Source: an uncultured bacterium
Lineage (GTDB): Bacteria > Sysuimicrobiota > Sysuimicrobiia > Sysuimicrobiales > Sysuimicrobiaceae
DNA length: 64,000 bases
NCBI GenBank assembly: GCA_938028835.1
Contig: CALIMJ010000006.1
Span: 4,759 to 68,758, forward strand
Reading direction: 5' to 3'
The notes under the pieces were generated by a model. It searched no databases, was not told where the DNA came from, and saw only the letters and a program-made list of their open reading frames with translations. This document shows positions 1 to 9,743 of this stretch, in pieces. Position 1 is the stretch's first letter. Each line of letters begins with the position of its first letter. The position numbers and the translations under genes were made by a program.

Positions 1-324
1 GTCCCCGCGGCCCGCCTCGTACCGGTCCACGGCGTCCGCGATCCCCCGGACCAGCTGGCGCCCCATCTCGTGTTCGGCCAGCATCACCCCGATGGGGCCA
101 CCCTCCCGGGGCACTCCCCGCCGTTCCAGGCACGGGAACAGGCAGCGCTCCTCCTTGCCGTGGTGGCAGCGGTCCACAAAGCCCTGGCTGAAGGCCACCG
201 CCTCCCGCACGTACCCGGGGTCCAGGGTGCCGCCGGACTGCACGGCCCGCAGGCGCGCTTCCAGCCCGTCCAGCACGCCCAGGATTACCTCGTGGTCTCG
301 GACCAGTTCCTCTGTGGACCGCAC
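1..324 (-). CDS. Hemerythrin-domain protein (3' end runs off the window)
   Basis: Not in the ORF track. Manual translation from GTG at 324: MRSTEELVRDHEVILGVLD...FVDRCHHGKEERCLFPCLERRGVPREGGPIGVMLAEHEMGR, with the HHxKEE and GPIGVMxxEH hemerythrin motifs. Starts 2 nt after the SDR stop. Confidence 0.85.
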   Translation of the reverse strand, partial: MRSTEELVRDHEVILGVLDGLEARLRAVQSGGTLDPGYVREAVAFSQGFVDRCHHGKEERCLFPCLERRGVPREGGPIGVMLAEHEMGRQLVRGIADAVDRYEAGRGD

Positions 325-326
325 GG

Positions 327-1082
327 CTACACCATGGTGAGGCCGCCCGAGACGCTCAGGGTCTGGCCGGTGATGAACGATGCCCGGTCGGAGGCCAGGA
401 ACACCACCGCCTCGGCCACCTCCTCGGGCCGGGCCATGCGGCGCAGGGGGGTGCTGCGGACGATGGCGTCGATGAGCTTCTCGTTGCCCGCCTGGATGAT
501 CTGCTGCAGGAGGGGAGTGTCCGTGATCCCTGGCGCCACCACGTTCACCCGGATGTTGTGGCGCGCCACCTCCCGCGCCAGGGCCTTGCTGAAGGCGATC
601 ACGGCGCCCTTGGCTCCCGAGTAGACGGTCTCGCCTGAAGAGCCCACGCGCCCCGCGTCGGAGCTGATGTTCACCACCACCCCACCCTCCCGCTGCACCA
701 TGTGGGGCAGGACCACGTGACAGGTGTTCAGCACCCCGCGGAAGTTGATGTTGATCACCCGGTCCCACAGGTCCTCGGTGCTCTCCAGGAAGGGCACGAT
801 GCGATCCCAGCCCGCGGCGTTAATGAGGACGTCCACCCGGCCCCAGTGGTCCAGGACCTGCTGCACCGCCTGCGCCACGTGAGCCCGGTTCGTGACGTCC
901 ATCTCCACCGCCAGGGCTTCCCGGTCCTGGCGGCGGATCTCCTCGGCCACCTGCTCGGCGCCCTGCGCGTTGATGTCCGCCACCGCGACCCGCGCACCCC
1001 GGGCGGCCAGGGCCAGGCAGGTCGCCCGGCCGATGCCGCTCGCCCCGCCCGTGACCAGCGCCACGCGATCCTGGAACTCCAT
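327..1082 (-). CDS. SDR oxidoreductase, BadH-like (hydroxycyclohexane/hydroxycyclohexene-carbonyl-CoA dehydrogenase)
   Basis: TGGASGIG Rossmann motif, NAAGWD, SSDAGRVGSSGE and YSGAKG catalytic motif; lies in the reductase operon. Confidence 0.8.
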   Translation of the reverse strand: MEFQDRVALVTGGASGIGRATCLALAARGARVAVADINAQGAEQVAEEIRRQDREALAVEMDVTNRAHVAQAVQQVLDHWGRVDVLINAAGWDRIVPFLESTEDLWDRVININFRGVLNTCHVVLPHMVQREGGVVVNISSDAGRVGSSGETVYSGAKGAVIAFSKALAREVARHNIRVNVVAPGITDTPLLQQIIQAGNEKLIDAIVRSTPLRRMARPEEVAEAVVFLASDRASFITGQTLSVSGGLTMV

Positions 1083-1121
1083 GCTCCCCTCCGCCTCAGG
1101 ATGGTGGGTCCCCGGTCCCGC

Positions 1122-2000
1122 CTACACCTGGCCCGCCCGGGCGGGGACCTCCAGCCGGAACAGTTCGACGGCGTTGTCCCGCACCACCTTCCGGTACACC
1201 TCGGGCTTCAGCCCCAGGGCCCGCAGCTGCTCCAGGCTCTGCTTCCACGGCAGCCCGTTGGTCCCCCACAGGCACCGGTCCTGGCCCAGGCGACTGTTCA
1301 TGAACTGCACCAGCTCCGGCTTCAGGTACTTGGGCATCCACGCGTCGATGCCGATCCACACGGTCTCCCACTTGTAGCAGACGGAGATCAGCTCCTCCAC
1401 CCAGGGCCAGCCGGTGTGGGCGCCCACCACCTTCAGGGTGGGGAAGTCACAAAGGATCCGGTCCAGGTAAATCGGCCGGCCGTGCTCGGAGGGCATCCCC
1501 TCCAGCACGTGGCCCACCTGCATGGAGACGGGGACGTCCAGCTCCACGCACTTGGCATAGAGGGGGTACATCCGGCGGTCGTGCAGGGGGATGTCGAAGC
1601 CGTAGATGTGGACGTAAACCCCCTTGAACCCGTGCTGCGTGACCGCCCGCTCGATCTCCTGCAGGCTCTCCGTAATCCGGTACGGGTTGTAGCCCGCCAG
1701 GCCCACGAACCGTTCGGGGTAGCGGGTCGTGTACTGCAGGACCTCCTCCAGCTGGGTGTCCATATACATCCAGTGGTTCCGGTGGGACCACATCTTGCAC
1801 TGGGTGATGAACACCTTCTCGACCCCGGCCTCGTCCATGGCGGCCAGCATGGCCTCGAAGCTGGGGAAACTGGGCAGGCTGCCCCCCAGGGCCCGCTCCA
1901 TGCGGCACACCAGCTCCCCCTCCTTGGCCTTGTTCCAGCGCGCGATGAACTCCGGGGTAGCCACGTAGTACATGAAGTCGATGGCCCGCACGTCCTCCAT
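1122..2000 (-). CDS. Amidohydrolase family 2 protein (candidate ring-opening hydrolase)
   Basis: Start moved to ATG 2000 (MEDVRAIDFMYY). Motifs YPLYAKCVELDVPV, GAHTGWPW, LWGTNG. Confidence 0.75.
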   Translation of the reverse strand: MEDVRAIDFMYYVATPEFIARWNKAKEGELVCRMERALGGSLPSFPSFEAMLAAMDEAGVEKVFITQCKMWSHRNHWMYMDTQLEEVLQYTTRYPERFVGLAGYNPYRITESLQEIERAVTQHGFKGVYVHIYGFDIPLHDRRMYPLYAKCVELDVPVSMQVGHVLEGMPSEHGRPIYLDRILCDFPTLKVVGAHTGWPWVEELISVCYKWETVWIGIDAWMPKYLKPELVQFMNSRLGQDRCLWGTNGLPWKQSLEQLRALGLKPEVYRKVVRDNAVELFRLEVPARAGQV

Positions 2001-2026
2001 CCGCCCACCTCCCTTCCTCGCTCCGT

Positions 2027-2830
2027 TCAGGCGGTGGCCCGCTGCGCGGTACGGCGCAGCCGTTCCTGGGCCAGCTGGGCCGCCCCCAGGGCCGCCGCGT
2101 ACACCCCCTCCTCGTCCGGCGGTACCACGAAGCTCACCCGCAGGTCCTGCTCCAGGCACCGCCGCATCAGGGGGACCCGGGTGAGGCCTCCGGTAAGCAC
2201 GTACCGGGGTTCGCCCCGCAGGCGCTTCACCAGCTGGCCTGCCCGGCCGGCCAGGGCCACGATGGCGCCCGCGCACACGTCCTCCGGGCTGCGGCCGGCC
2301 ACCAGGTGGTTGATCACCTCGCTCTCTGCGAACACCGCGCACACGCTGCTCACCACCGCGGGGTCCTGGGCCGCCTCCGCCAGCCGGGCGATGTCCGCGG
2401 CGGTGTACCCCATGTAGCGCATGGTCTTCTCGAGGAAGGCCCCGCTGCCCGCCGCGCACTTGTCGTTCAGCCGGAAGGCCCGCACCCGGCCCCGCTCGTC
2501 CACCCGGATGGCCTTCACGTTCTGCCCTCCGATGTCCAGGATGGTCCGAGCGTCCGGGTACAGGCGGTGGATGGCCCATGCCTGCGCGGTGAGGTCCGTG
2601 AGCGCGAGGTCCCGGAAGGGGACCATATGCCGACCGTAACCCGTGGCGGCCACGTAGCCCACGTCCTCCCGCCGGAGCCCCGCACTCTCCAGAGCTGCCG
2701 ACAGTCCGCGCTCCGCAGCCCGGGCGAAGTTGAACCCTGTGGGCAGCAGGCTGCGGCCCACCACCTGTCCGTCGTCGCACAGCACCACCTTGGTGTAGGT
2801 AGCGCCCACGTCGATGCCGGCCACCAACAT
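2027..2830 (-). CDS. bcrD: Benzoyl-CoA reductase ATPase subunit (BcrD/BadG-like)
   Basis: ASKHA activase motifs GIDVG, ATGYGR, DIGG, NDKCAAGSG, CAVFAESE. Confidence 0.75.
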   Translation of the reverse strand: MLVAGIDVGATYTKVVLCDDGQVVGRSLLPTGFNFARAAERGLSAALESAGLRREDVGYVAATGYGRHMVPFRDLALTDLTAQAWAIHRLYPDARTILDIGGQNVKAIRVDERGRVRAFRLNDKCAAGSGAFLEKTMRYMGYTAADIARLAEAAQDPAVVSSVCAVFAESEVINHLVAGRSPEDVCAGAIVALAGRAGQLVKRLRGEPRYVLTGGLTRVPLMRRCLEQDLRVSFVVPPDEEGVYAAALGAAQLAQERLRRTAQRATA

Positions 2831-2832
2831 GG

Positions 2833-3666
2833 CTACTGCCCTCCCGCGGCCGCGGCCACTTCCGCCCGCTCGCCCAGTAGGACGTGGTCCAGGGCGAACA
2901 GGGCGGCGCCGATGGCCCCGCAGAAGTGGGACTCCTCACTCACGTTCACGGGCACCCCGCTCATCTCCCCGATCAGGTGCACCATGGCCACGTTCCGGGC
3001 CACGCCGCCCGTGAAGGTGAGCTCGGGCTCGATCCCGACCCGCCGGAGCAGCGACAGGCTGCGCGAGGCGATGGAGGCGTGCACCCCCATCAGGATGTCC
3101 TCCACCTTGCGGCCCCTCGCCAGCCAGCCCAGGATCTCCGACTCCGCGAATACCGTGCAGGTGGTGGTAATGGTCACAGGGTTGCGGGCCGTCAAAGCCA
3201 GGGGCCCCAGCTCGCCCAGGGGGATCTCCAGGGCCGCGGAGGCCGCCCCCAGGAACCGGCCGGTGCCCGCAGAGCACTTGTCGTTCATGCAGAAGTCCAG
3301 CACCTCGCCGCCGGGCCCCACCCGGATGGCCTTGGTGTCCTGGCCGCCGATGTCCAGGACCGTGCGGGTGTTGGGGAACAGGAAGCAGGCTCCTCGCGCG
3401 TGGCAGCTGATCTCCGTCACCTGGGTGTCCCCGAACTCCACCTTGAAGCGGCCGTACCCGGTGCCCACGGTGTACTGCACGTCCTCGGCGGACAGCCCCG
3501 CTTCCTGGAGCGCGGCCTCGAAGGCGGCCCGCGCCGCCTCGTTCAACCGCGCGCCCGTGTCCACCAGGGCCCGGCCCAGGATCTCCCGCTCCGGGCTCAG
3601 GATCACCGCCTTGGTCTGGGTGGACCCCACGTCCACCCCCGCCACCACCTTCTTGGCACCCCACAT
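2833..3666 (-). CDS. bcrA: Benzoyl-CoA reductase ATPase subunit (short BcrA/BzdQ-like)
   Basis: [51 protein letters not shown]. Start at ATG 3666 (or GTG 3678). Confidence 0.8.
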   Translation of the reverse strand: MWGAKKVVAGVDVGSTQTKAVILSPEREILGRALVDTGARLNEAARAAFEAALQEAGLSAEDVQYTVGTGYGRFKVEFGDTQVTEISCHARGACFLFPNTRTVLDIGGQDTKAIRVGPGGEVLDFCMNDKCSAGTGRFLGAASAALEIPLGELGPLALTARNPVTITTTCTVFAESEILGWLARGRKVEDILMGVHASIASRSLSLLRRVGIEPELTFTGGVARNVAMVHLIGEMSGVPVNVSEESHFCGAIGAALFALDHVLLGERAEVAAAAGGQ

Positions 3667-3674
3667 GTTCACGC

Positions 3675-4973
3675 TCACCTCCCCACTGCAGCCTTGTGCG
3701 CCGCCAGCGCTTCGAAGAAGGCGTCCACGCGGTTCTTGATCTGCGCGTCCGACCACAGCCTCGGGTCCACCAGGTCCGACTGGATGAACAGCCCCGGCAC
3801 GTTCCGCTGCACCCGCATCCACTCCCGCACGTCCGGCAGTCCCGTGCTGGTAGTCCGGCAGCTCTTCACCCCGTGGAAGCAGATGCCGTCCACCTTCCAG
3901 TCCCGCACCACCCGGTCCAGCCACTCCTGCTGGTAGAACATGGCTCCGGTCCAGCCCCAGTAGGTGGCCCGGACCATCTGCTCCGCGAAGCTCTCCAGGG
4001 GCCGGCCCAGGTCGTAGCCGAAGCCCGGCACGAAGCCCCCGCCCGCGAACACCATGTAGGTGCTGTGCACGAACACCCCGCCCCAGGAGCTGAACAGCTC
4101 CACGAACCGGCGGAAGTGGCTGTAGCAGGCGGTCCCCACCAGCACCAGCCGGAACCGCTCGTCCGGCACCGCCGCCATCCCCAGCCGCACCCGCTCCCGC
4201 ATCTCCTCCAGGGCCAGCTCGAAGTACCGGGTGCCCTCCGGGGTCCCCCGGTACAGGTTGGCGATGCCCTGGTAGGTGACCCCCTCCAGGGGCGCGTTGA
4301 AGGGAGCGGGGATGTGCCGGTTCGTGTCGCACACCGCGTGGTACAGCTCCGCCATGCGGTTGGCCTCCCGCAGGTGCTCCCGGAACCGGTCGATGTCGAA
4401 GGACTTCCCGGTGATCCGCTCGCACACCTCGATGAGCTCCCGCAGCTGGCCCAGGACGTAGCGACAGTCGTTCTCGAAGGTCTCCCGGAAGGCCTCCGTG
4501 CCCTCCCGCAACGACTCCCGGCCCCGCCAGCCGGGCAGGTCGAAGGTGAACACCGGACAGCCGTAGTAGTGCTCCCAGAACTCTGCCCACTTGAGGTACG
4601 TGTTGCACACGTTGTTGGTGACCACCAGGGCGGGCCGGGGGACCCGTCCGTAGGGGTGCTCCCCCTCCTTCAGCTGCACCCCCACGTCCGCCTTCACGTA
4701 CCCGCAGATGTCCGGGGAGAAGCCGTAGTCCTCCGCCAGCTGGATGTACGCCTGCGACTGGCCCCGGATGGCGGTCTGCAGGGAGGTGATCTCCGGCGCG
4801 TTGATGACGAAGTCAAAGGTCAGCAGCAGCTCGGAAAGCGGCGCCATCACGAACACGTAGGCGGTGGGGTGTCCGGTCTGGGCCGCCTCCGTCATCCGCT
4901 GCCACCACAGCTCCATCAGCCGCCGGCCCTCGCGCCGGCTGACCCCCAGGATCTCCTGCGCCGATGTACTCAC
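3675..4973 (-). CDS. bcrB: Benzoyl-CoA reductase subunit B (HgdA/BcrB family)
   Basis: [24 protein letters not shown] and C-terminal SDLVDPR...KNRVDAFF motifs. GTG start at 4973. Confidence 0.85.
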   Translation of the reverse strand: MSTSAQEILGVSRREGRRLMELWWQRMTEAAQTGHPTAYVFVMAPLSELLLTFDFVINAPEITSLQTAIRGQSQAYIQLAEDYGFSPDICGYVKADVGVQLKEGEHPYGRVPRPALVVTNNVCNTYLKWAEFWEHYYGCPVFTFDLPGWRGRESLREGTEAFRETFENDCRYVLGQLRELIEVCERITGKSFDIDRFREHLREANRMAELYHAVCDTNRHIPAPFNAPLEGVTYQGIANLYRGTPEGTRYFELALEEMRERVRLGMAAVPDERFRLVLVGTACYSHFRRFVELFSSWGGVFVHSTYMVFAGGGFVPGFGYDLGRPLESFAEQMVRATYWGWTGAMFYQQEWLDRVVRDWKVDGICFHGVKSCRTTSTGLPDVREWMRVQRNVPGLFIQSDLVDPRLWSDAQIKNRVDAFFEALAAHKAAVGR

Positions 4974-4984
4974 ACCGCACCCCC

Positions 4985-6142
4985 TCACGCGAACTGGAAC
5001 AGCAAAGACTCCGCGAAGGTCTCCACTTCCATGCCCACCTGCTCGAACACCGTCATGGTCTCCTCGAACTCCATCACCAGGTGCGGGATCCCCGCACCAT
5101 CCAGGGCCCGGCTGTAGTGCACCTGCTCCTCCAGCCCCGGTTCGCACATCTTGGCCGCGGCCACGATGGCGGCCTCCGCCCCCGCCTCCCGGATGCGCCG
5201 CAGGAGCATCTCCGCCTTGGGCTTGCGGGGGTCCCGCTGCACCGGGCTGTAGCTGCTGCGGTTGAGGTAGCTGTCCGCCAGGTTCCGCCAGGGGTCACCG
5301 TCCAGGGGGACGTCCTCCGTGATCCACCGCAGCCCGATCATGAGGTCGTCGTCCACGATGTAGCAGGCGTTCTGGATCACCGCCAGCATGTCCAAGGGCG
5401 GCTGCTCGCAGAACCCGCCCTCGAACACCACCCGGATGCGGTCCTGCTTCTTGGCGGGCCGCTGCGGCAGGAGCTCCAGCACCCGTCGCAGCAGAACGTT
5501 GTGCTCCTCGCGGGGCATCAGCCCCGCGGAGCGCACCAGCAGGTAGCTCTCCACCGCGCTGAGCAGCCACGGGCTCTCCCGCTTGATCCGGTACACCTCC
5601 CGCAGCAGCCTGCGGTTCTCGTTGAACAGGGCGATGCTGGCCCGCAGGGCGTCCTCGGTGATGGGGCGGCCGCTCAGTTCCTCGATCACGCGGCCGATCC
5701 GGCGGTACTCCCCCACCAGGTAGTCCACCGCGTGGGCGCTGCTGGCGTTGTGGGGGTGGTAGAGGGTCTCCACCCGCATCTGGGGGAAGCTGCGCACCCA
5801 CACCCCGCAGCCGTTGCGGGCGGCGTCGCAGATGTTGGGCACCACCATGAGGCTCAGGAAGTCTAGCCGCCCCGACAGCGCCAGCTCCAGGGAGCTGCGG
5901 ACGATGGAGCACACGAAGGCGGCGATGCGGGCGTCCGCCTGCCGCACCTGGACCGTTCCGCCCGCGCCCGCGATCTTCACGGGCAGCAGGCCTGCCGCGT
6001 GGGCCACCTCCTCGGGGAAGAACACCTGGAAGTGCCCCACCACTTTGCCCTGGGGATTCGCCTCCAGCCACCGCCGCACCGCGGGAAACGACGGATCCTC
6101 CACCAGGGCCCTCAGGTCGTCGAAGATCCGCTCCAGCTCCAT
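4985..6142 (-). CDS. bcrC: Benzoyl-CoA reductase subunit C (HgdB/BcrC family)
   Basis: CSIVRSSLEL, ICDAARN, GGFCEQPPLD, AAKMCEPGLEEQ, ETFAES motifs. Confidence 0.85.
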   Translation of the reverse strand: MELERIFDDLRALVEDPSFPAVRRWLEANPQGKVVGHFQVFFPEEVAHAAGLLPVKIAGAGGTVQVRQADARIAAFVCSIVRSSLELALSGRLDFLSLMVVPNICDAARNGCGVWVRSFPQMRVETLYHPHNASSAHAVDYLVGEYRRIGRVIEELSGRPITEDALRASIALFNENRRLLREVYRIKRESPWLLSAVESYLLVRSAGLMPREEHNVLLRRVLELLPQRPAKKQDRIRVVFEGGFCEQPPLDMLAVIQNACYIVDDDLMIGLRWITEDVPLDGDPWRNLADSYLNRSSYSPVQRDPRKPKAEMLLRRIREAGAEAAIVAAAKMCEPGLEEQVHYSRALDGAGIPHLVMEFEETMTVFEQVGMEVETFAESLLFQFA

Positions 6143-6157
6143 GGCGAACCCCTCTTA

Positions 6158-6203
6158 TCCGACCGGTCAGTCAAACCGTACCCCGCGCACTGCGCCAGTC
6201 CAA
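6158..6203 (-). promoter_or_regulatory. Putative promoter (TTGGAC-17bp-TACGGT) and imperfect palindromic operator TCCGACCGGTCAGT upstream of bcrC
   Basis: -35 at 6198-6203 and -10 at 6175-6180 on the minus strand. Operator 6158-6171 matches the palindrome at 15267-15280 at 12 of 14 positions. Confidence 0.6.
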
Positions 6204-6216
6204 TGGTCCGGATGCC

Positions 6217-6939
6217 TCATCTTTCCTGATGCGATTGATCCACCAAAGCGTTGCGGGGGAACAGGCCCTCCTTCAGGGCCCGCGCCACCGCCTCGGCCCG
6301 GGTGTGGGCGCCCAGCTTGCGCATGAGGTTCTGCACGTGGTTGCGCACGGTAGCGGTAGACAGGAACAACGCCCGGGCGATGGCCTGGGTGTCCATCCCC
6401 TGAGCCAGCAGGCTCAGCACCTCCCGTTCCCTCCGGGTGAGGGGCTGGCTGGCGGCGGCCCCGGCGTCGAACCCCTCCCGCGCGGTGAGCAGGTCCACCA
6501 GCTCCTCGACCCGGCGCTGGTGGGAGATGTCCCGGAACAGGTGTACGACCCAGTACTCGTCCTCGTCCGGCCCGAACCGCACCACCAGGGTACTCTGGTT
6601 GACCCACACGTACCGGCCCTCCCGGCTCCGGTAGCAAACGTCCCGGGGCGGGATAGGTTCGCCCGTCCGCGCCATGACGAACTCCGGGCACCCAGGGCAG
6701 CACACCAGGTGCCCGGTGCGGTCGTGTCCGGTGACCACCCGGTAGCAGGGCCGGCCCAGCACGTCCTCCTTCCGCCAGCCCAAAAGCCGCTCCGCGGCCG
6801 TGTTCCACAGCACCACGCGCTGCCGACCGTCCACCACCATGACAGCTTCCCCGGCCCGCTCCAGCGCCTCCCGCAGGACCCGCACTGCGTCCGCGGTCAG
6901 CCGGCCTCCCGGTACGGCCTGTCCTCGCCCCACTCCCAT
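6217..6939 (-). CDS. PAS-domain LuxR-family transcriptional regulator
   Basis: N-terminal PAS (WNTAAERLLGW...GRPC) and C-terminal LuxR HTH (LTRREREVL...IARALFLSTATVRNHVQNLMRKLG). Confidence 0.85.
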   Translation of the reverse strand: MGVGRGQAVPGGRLTADAVRVLREALERAGEAVMVVDGRQRVVLWNTAAERLLGWRKEDVLGRPCYRVVTGHDRTGHLVCCPGCPEFVMARTGEPIPPRDVCYRSREGRYVWVNQSTLVVRFGPDEDEYWVVHLFRDISHQRRVEELVDLLTAREGFDAGAAASQPLTRREREVLSLLAQGMDTQAIARALFLSTATVRNHVQNLMRKLGAHTRAEAVARALKEGLFPRNALVDQSHQER

Positions 6940-6955
6940 GGCCTGTCGCCTCCTC

Positions 6956-7723
6956 CTACCGGTGTTGCCAGGCGGGCTTGCGTTTTTCGAGAAACGCCCT
7001 CAGGCCCTCGTGAGCGTCCTCGGTTCGCATGAGCTCTTGCGCGTACACGTGTTCGACCTCCTGGAGCTCCTGGTAGAATACCCGCCGGAAGGACCCCAGG
7101 GCCGCGCGCTTGGCCAGGCGCAGTACCGCCGCGCTGTGGGCGCACAGCTGCTCGACGCGCCGGCGCACCGCCTGCTCGAGATCCTCCGCGGCCACCACGT
7201 CCGTGACCAGGCCCAGTTCGCGGGCCTGCCCTGCGGTCAGGACTTCCCCCGTGAGCACCGGGACCACCGCCTGCTTTCCCATCAGGGGAAGGAAAGCCGC
7301 CGCCGCCACGGGCGGGAACACTCCCACCCGAACCTCGGGCTGTCCGAAGGTCGCGCTTTCAGAGGCCACCACCACGTCGCACAGGGCAATCAGCTCGCAC
7401 CCTCCCCCCAGCGCCGCCCCGCCCACCCCGGCTACCGTGGGCACGTCCGAGTCCACGAGGGTACGGCACAAGGCGTGAAAGGCCTCCAGCATCTCGTGAA
7501 CCTTCTCCGCGGTGTGCTCCGCCACGTCCACCCCCGCGCAGAAGGATCGCCCCTCCGCGGTCAGGACCACAGCCCGCGCGGTGGGGTCCGCGAACGCCTC
7601 CCGGAGAATCCCCTCCAGCTCCCGCATCATCGCGATGGTGAGCACGTTGTGGGGCGGGCGGTTCAGGGTGACCCACCACGCCCCCTCCTCCCGCCGGACC
7701 CGTACCGCCTGATCCTGGTTCAC
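6956..7723 (-). CDS. dch: Cyclohexa-1,5-diene-1-carbonyl-CoA hydratase (Dch-like crotonase)
   Basis: [43 protein letters not shown] start overlaps the upstream stop (GTGA). Confidence 0.7.
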   Translation of the reverse strand: MNQDQAVRVRREEGAWWVTLNRPPHNVLTIAMMRELEGILREAFADPTARAVVLTAEGRSFCAGVDVAEHTAEKVHEMLEAFHALCRTLVDSDVPTVAGVGGAALGGGCELIALCDVVVASESATFGQPEVRVGVFPPVAAAAFLPLMGKQAVVPVLTGEVLTAGQARELGLVTDVVAAEDLEQAVRRRVEQLCAHSAAVLRLAKRAALGSFRRVFYQELQEVEHVYAQELMRTEDAHEGLRAFLEKRKPAWQHR

Positions 7724-8901
7724 CGCGCCACCTCCTGTCGGGCACTCTCCCGCACCACCTGCCGTCCCACCACCAGGGCCTGGATCTCCGAGGTCCCCTC
7801 GTAGATGCGCAGGGCCCTTACGTCCCGGTACAGGCGCTCGGCCGTGCTTCCCGCCACCACACCCCACGCCCCGTGCAGCTGGACCGCCTCGTCCACCACC
7901 CGCTGGGCGGCTTCCGTGGCGTACAGCTTGGCCATGGAGCTGTCCTGGGGCCCCCGGCCCGCGTCGCAGTCGTGGGCCCACGCGGCCCGGTACACCAGGA
8001 GCTCGCTGGCCTCCACCTCCGTGGCCATCCACGCCAGCTTCCACCGCGCCAGCTGGAAGTCCGACAGCGCCTGTCCGAAGGCCACCCGCTGCCGGCTGTG
8101 CCGCACCGCCTCGTCCAGGGCCCTGCGGGCAAAGCCCACCGCCGCGGCACCCACCGTGGCGCGGAAGGTGTCCAGGGTGCGCATGGCCACCGCATACCCC
8201 TCGCCCTCCTCCCCCAGGCGGTGCGTCGCCGGGACCCGGCAGCCGTCCAGGGTCAGGGTGCCGAGCGGGTGCGGGCTCAGGGTGCGGATGCGGCTGGACA
8301 CCCGCAACCCCTGCGCGTGGGCGTCCACCACGAAGGCCGTGAGGTCTTCCTTGCCAGGGCCGGTGCGCGCGAACACCACGTACTGGTGCGCCAGCCCGGC
8401 GTTGGAGATCCACGTCTTGGTGCCCACGAGCTCGTACCCATCCTGTACCCGGCGAGCCGCCGTCTGGATGGCGGCCACATCCGAACCCGCCTGCGGCTCC
8501 GACAGGGCAAAGGCCGCGATGCGCTCGCCCCGGGCCACCGCGGGCAGGTAGCGGGCCCGGAGCTCCTCACTCCCAAACAGGGCGATGGGCAAGCTGCCGA
8601 GCCCCTGCATGGCGAACGCGAAGTCCGCAAGCCCGCTGTGGTACGCCAGGATCTCCCGGGCCAGGCACAGGCTGCGCACGTCCACCCGGGCGTGCACGCC
8701 TCCGTACGCGGCGGGCACACAGTACCGCAGCCAGCCAGCCTCTCCGAGTCTGCGCACCAGCTCCCGTGCCACCCCGTCGGGGTCGAGCTCCTCCCGCTCC
8801 GCCAGGCCCCCGAGCTCCCGGGCGGCCCACGCGCGCAGGTCCTCCGCCAGCGCCCGGTGGTGGGCGTCGAAGAAGGGCCAGCGCAGGGGGTACAGGTCCA
8901 C
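7720..8901 (-). CDS. Acyl-CoA dehydrogenase
   Basis: [44 protein letters not shown]. Confidence 0.9.
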   Translation of the reverse strand: MDLYPLRWPFFDAHHRALAEDLRAWAARELGGLAEREELDPDGVARELVRRLGEAGWLRYCVPAAYGGVHARVDVRSLCLAREILAYHSGLADFAFAMQGLGSLPIALFGSEELRARYLPAVARGERIAAFALSEPQAGSDVAAIQTAARRVQDGYELVGTKTWISNAGLAHQYVVFARTGPGKEDLTAFVVDAHAQGLRVSSRIRTLSPHPLGTLTLDGCRVPATHRLGEEGEGYAVAMRTLDTFRATVGAAAVGFARRALDEAVRHSRQRVAFGQALSDFQLARWKLAWMATEVEASELLVYRAAWAHDCDAGRGPQDSSMAKLYATEAAQRVVDEAVQLHGAWGVVAGSTAERLYRDVRALRIYEGTSEIQALVVGRQVVRESARQEVAR

Positions 8902-8903
8902 TC

Positions 8904-9743
8904 CTAGTCCCCCCGGAACTCAGGCGGGCGGCGCTGGACGAAGGCTTCGTAACCGCGGGCGAAATCCTGTGTCAGCATGCACAGCGCCTGCGCCTGGGCC
9001 TCCGACTCCACCGCCTCGTCCAGGGACATGTCCCACTCCTTGTGGAGCATCCGCTTGGTGATGGCGTGGGCGAAGGTGGGCCCCCTGGCCAGCTGGCGGG
9101 CCAGCTCCTGGGCCTCCTGCAGCAGCGTCTCCGGAGGGCACAGGCGGTTGAAGAACCCCCACCGCTCCGCCTCCTCGCCCGACATCTCGCGGCCCGTGTA
9201 CAGCAGCTCCGCGGCCCGGCCCAGCCCGACGATCCGGGGCAGCAGGGCGCAGGCGCCCATGTCGGAGCCCGCAAGCCCCACCCGGTTGAACAGGAAGGCC
9301 AAGCGGCTGCGGGCGGTGCCCAGCCGGAGGTCGCACGCCGCGGCCACCACCGCACCCGCACCCACGCACACCCCGTCCACCGCCGCCACCAGGGGCTGTG
9401 GGCAGTGCCGCATGGCCACCACCAGCTCCCCCGTCATCCGTGTGAAGGCCAGCTTGCGCCGGACATCCATGTCCAGGAGGGGCCGGATGATCTCGTGCAC
9501 GTCCCCGCCGGAGCAGAAGTTGCCGCCAGCACCGGTGATCACCACCACCTTCACGTCCTCCACCCGCCGCAGCAACTCGAAGGTGTCCCGCAGCTCCGCG
9601 TAGCTCTCGAAGGTGAAGGGGTTCTTGCGCTCCGGACGGTTGAAGGTGAGGGTGGCCACCCCGTCCTGGAGGTACCACAGGAAGTGTCGAAGCCGGATGT
9701 CCGACCCGCGCATGATCCCTCCCTGCGCCACGGCCTCAACCAC
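8904..9743 (-). CDS. Enoyl-CoA hydratase/isomerase family protein
   Basis: [35 protein letters not shown] crotonase motifs. Start may be ATG 9713. Confidence 0.85.
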   Translation of the reverse strand: MVEAVAQGGIMRGSDIRLRHFLWYLQDGVATLTFNRPERKNPFTFESYAELRDTFELLRRVEDVKVVVITGAGGNFCSGGDVHEIIRPLLDMDVRRKLAFTRMTGELVVAMRHCPQPLVAAVDGVCVGAGAVVAAACDLRLGTARSRLAFLFNRVGLAGSDMGACALLPRIVGLGRAAELLYTGREMSGEEAERWGFFNRLCPPETLLQEAQELARQLARGPTFAHAITKRMLHKEWDMSLDEAVESEAQAQALCMLTQDFARGYEAFVQRRPPEFRGD

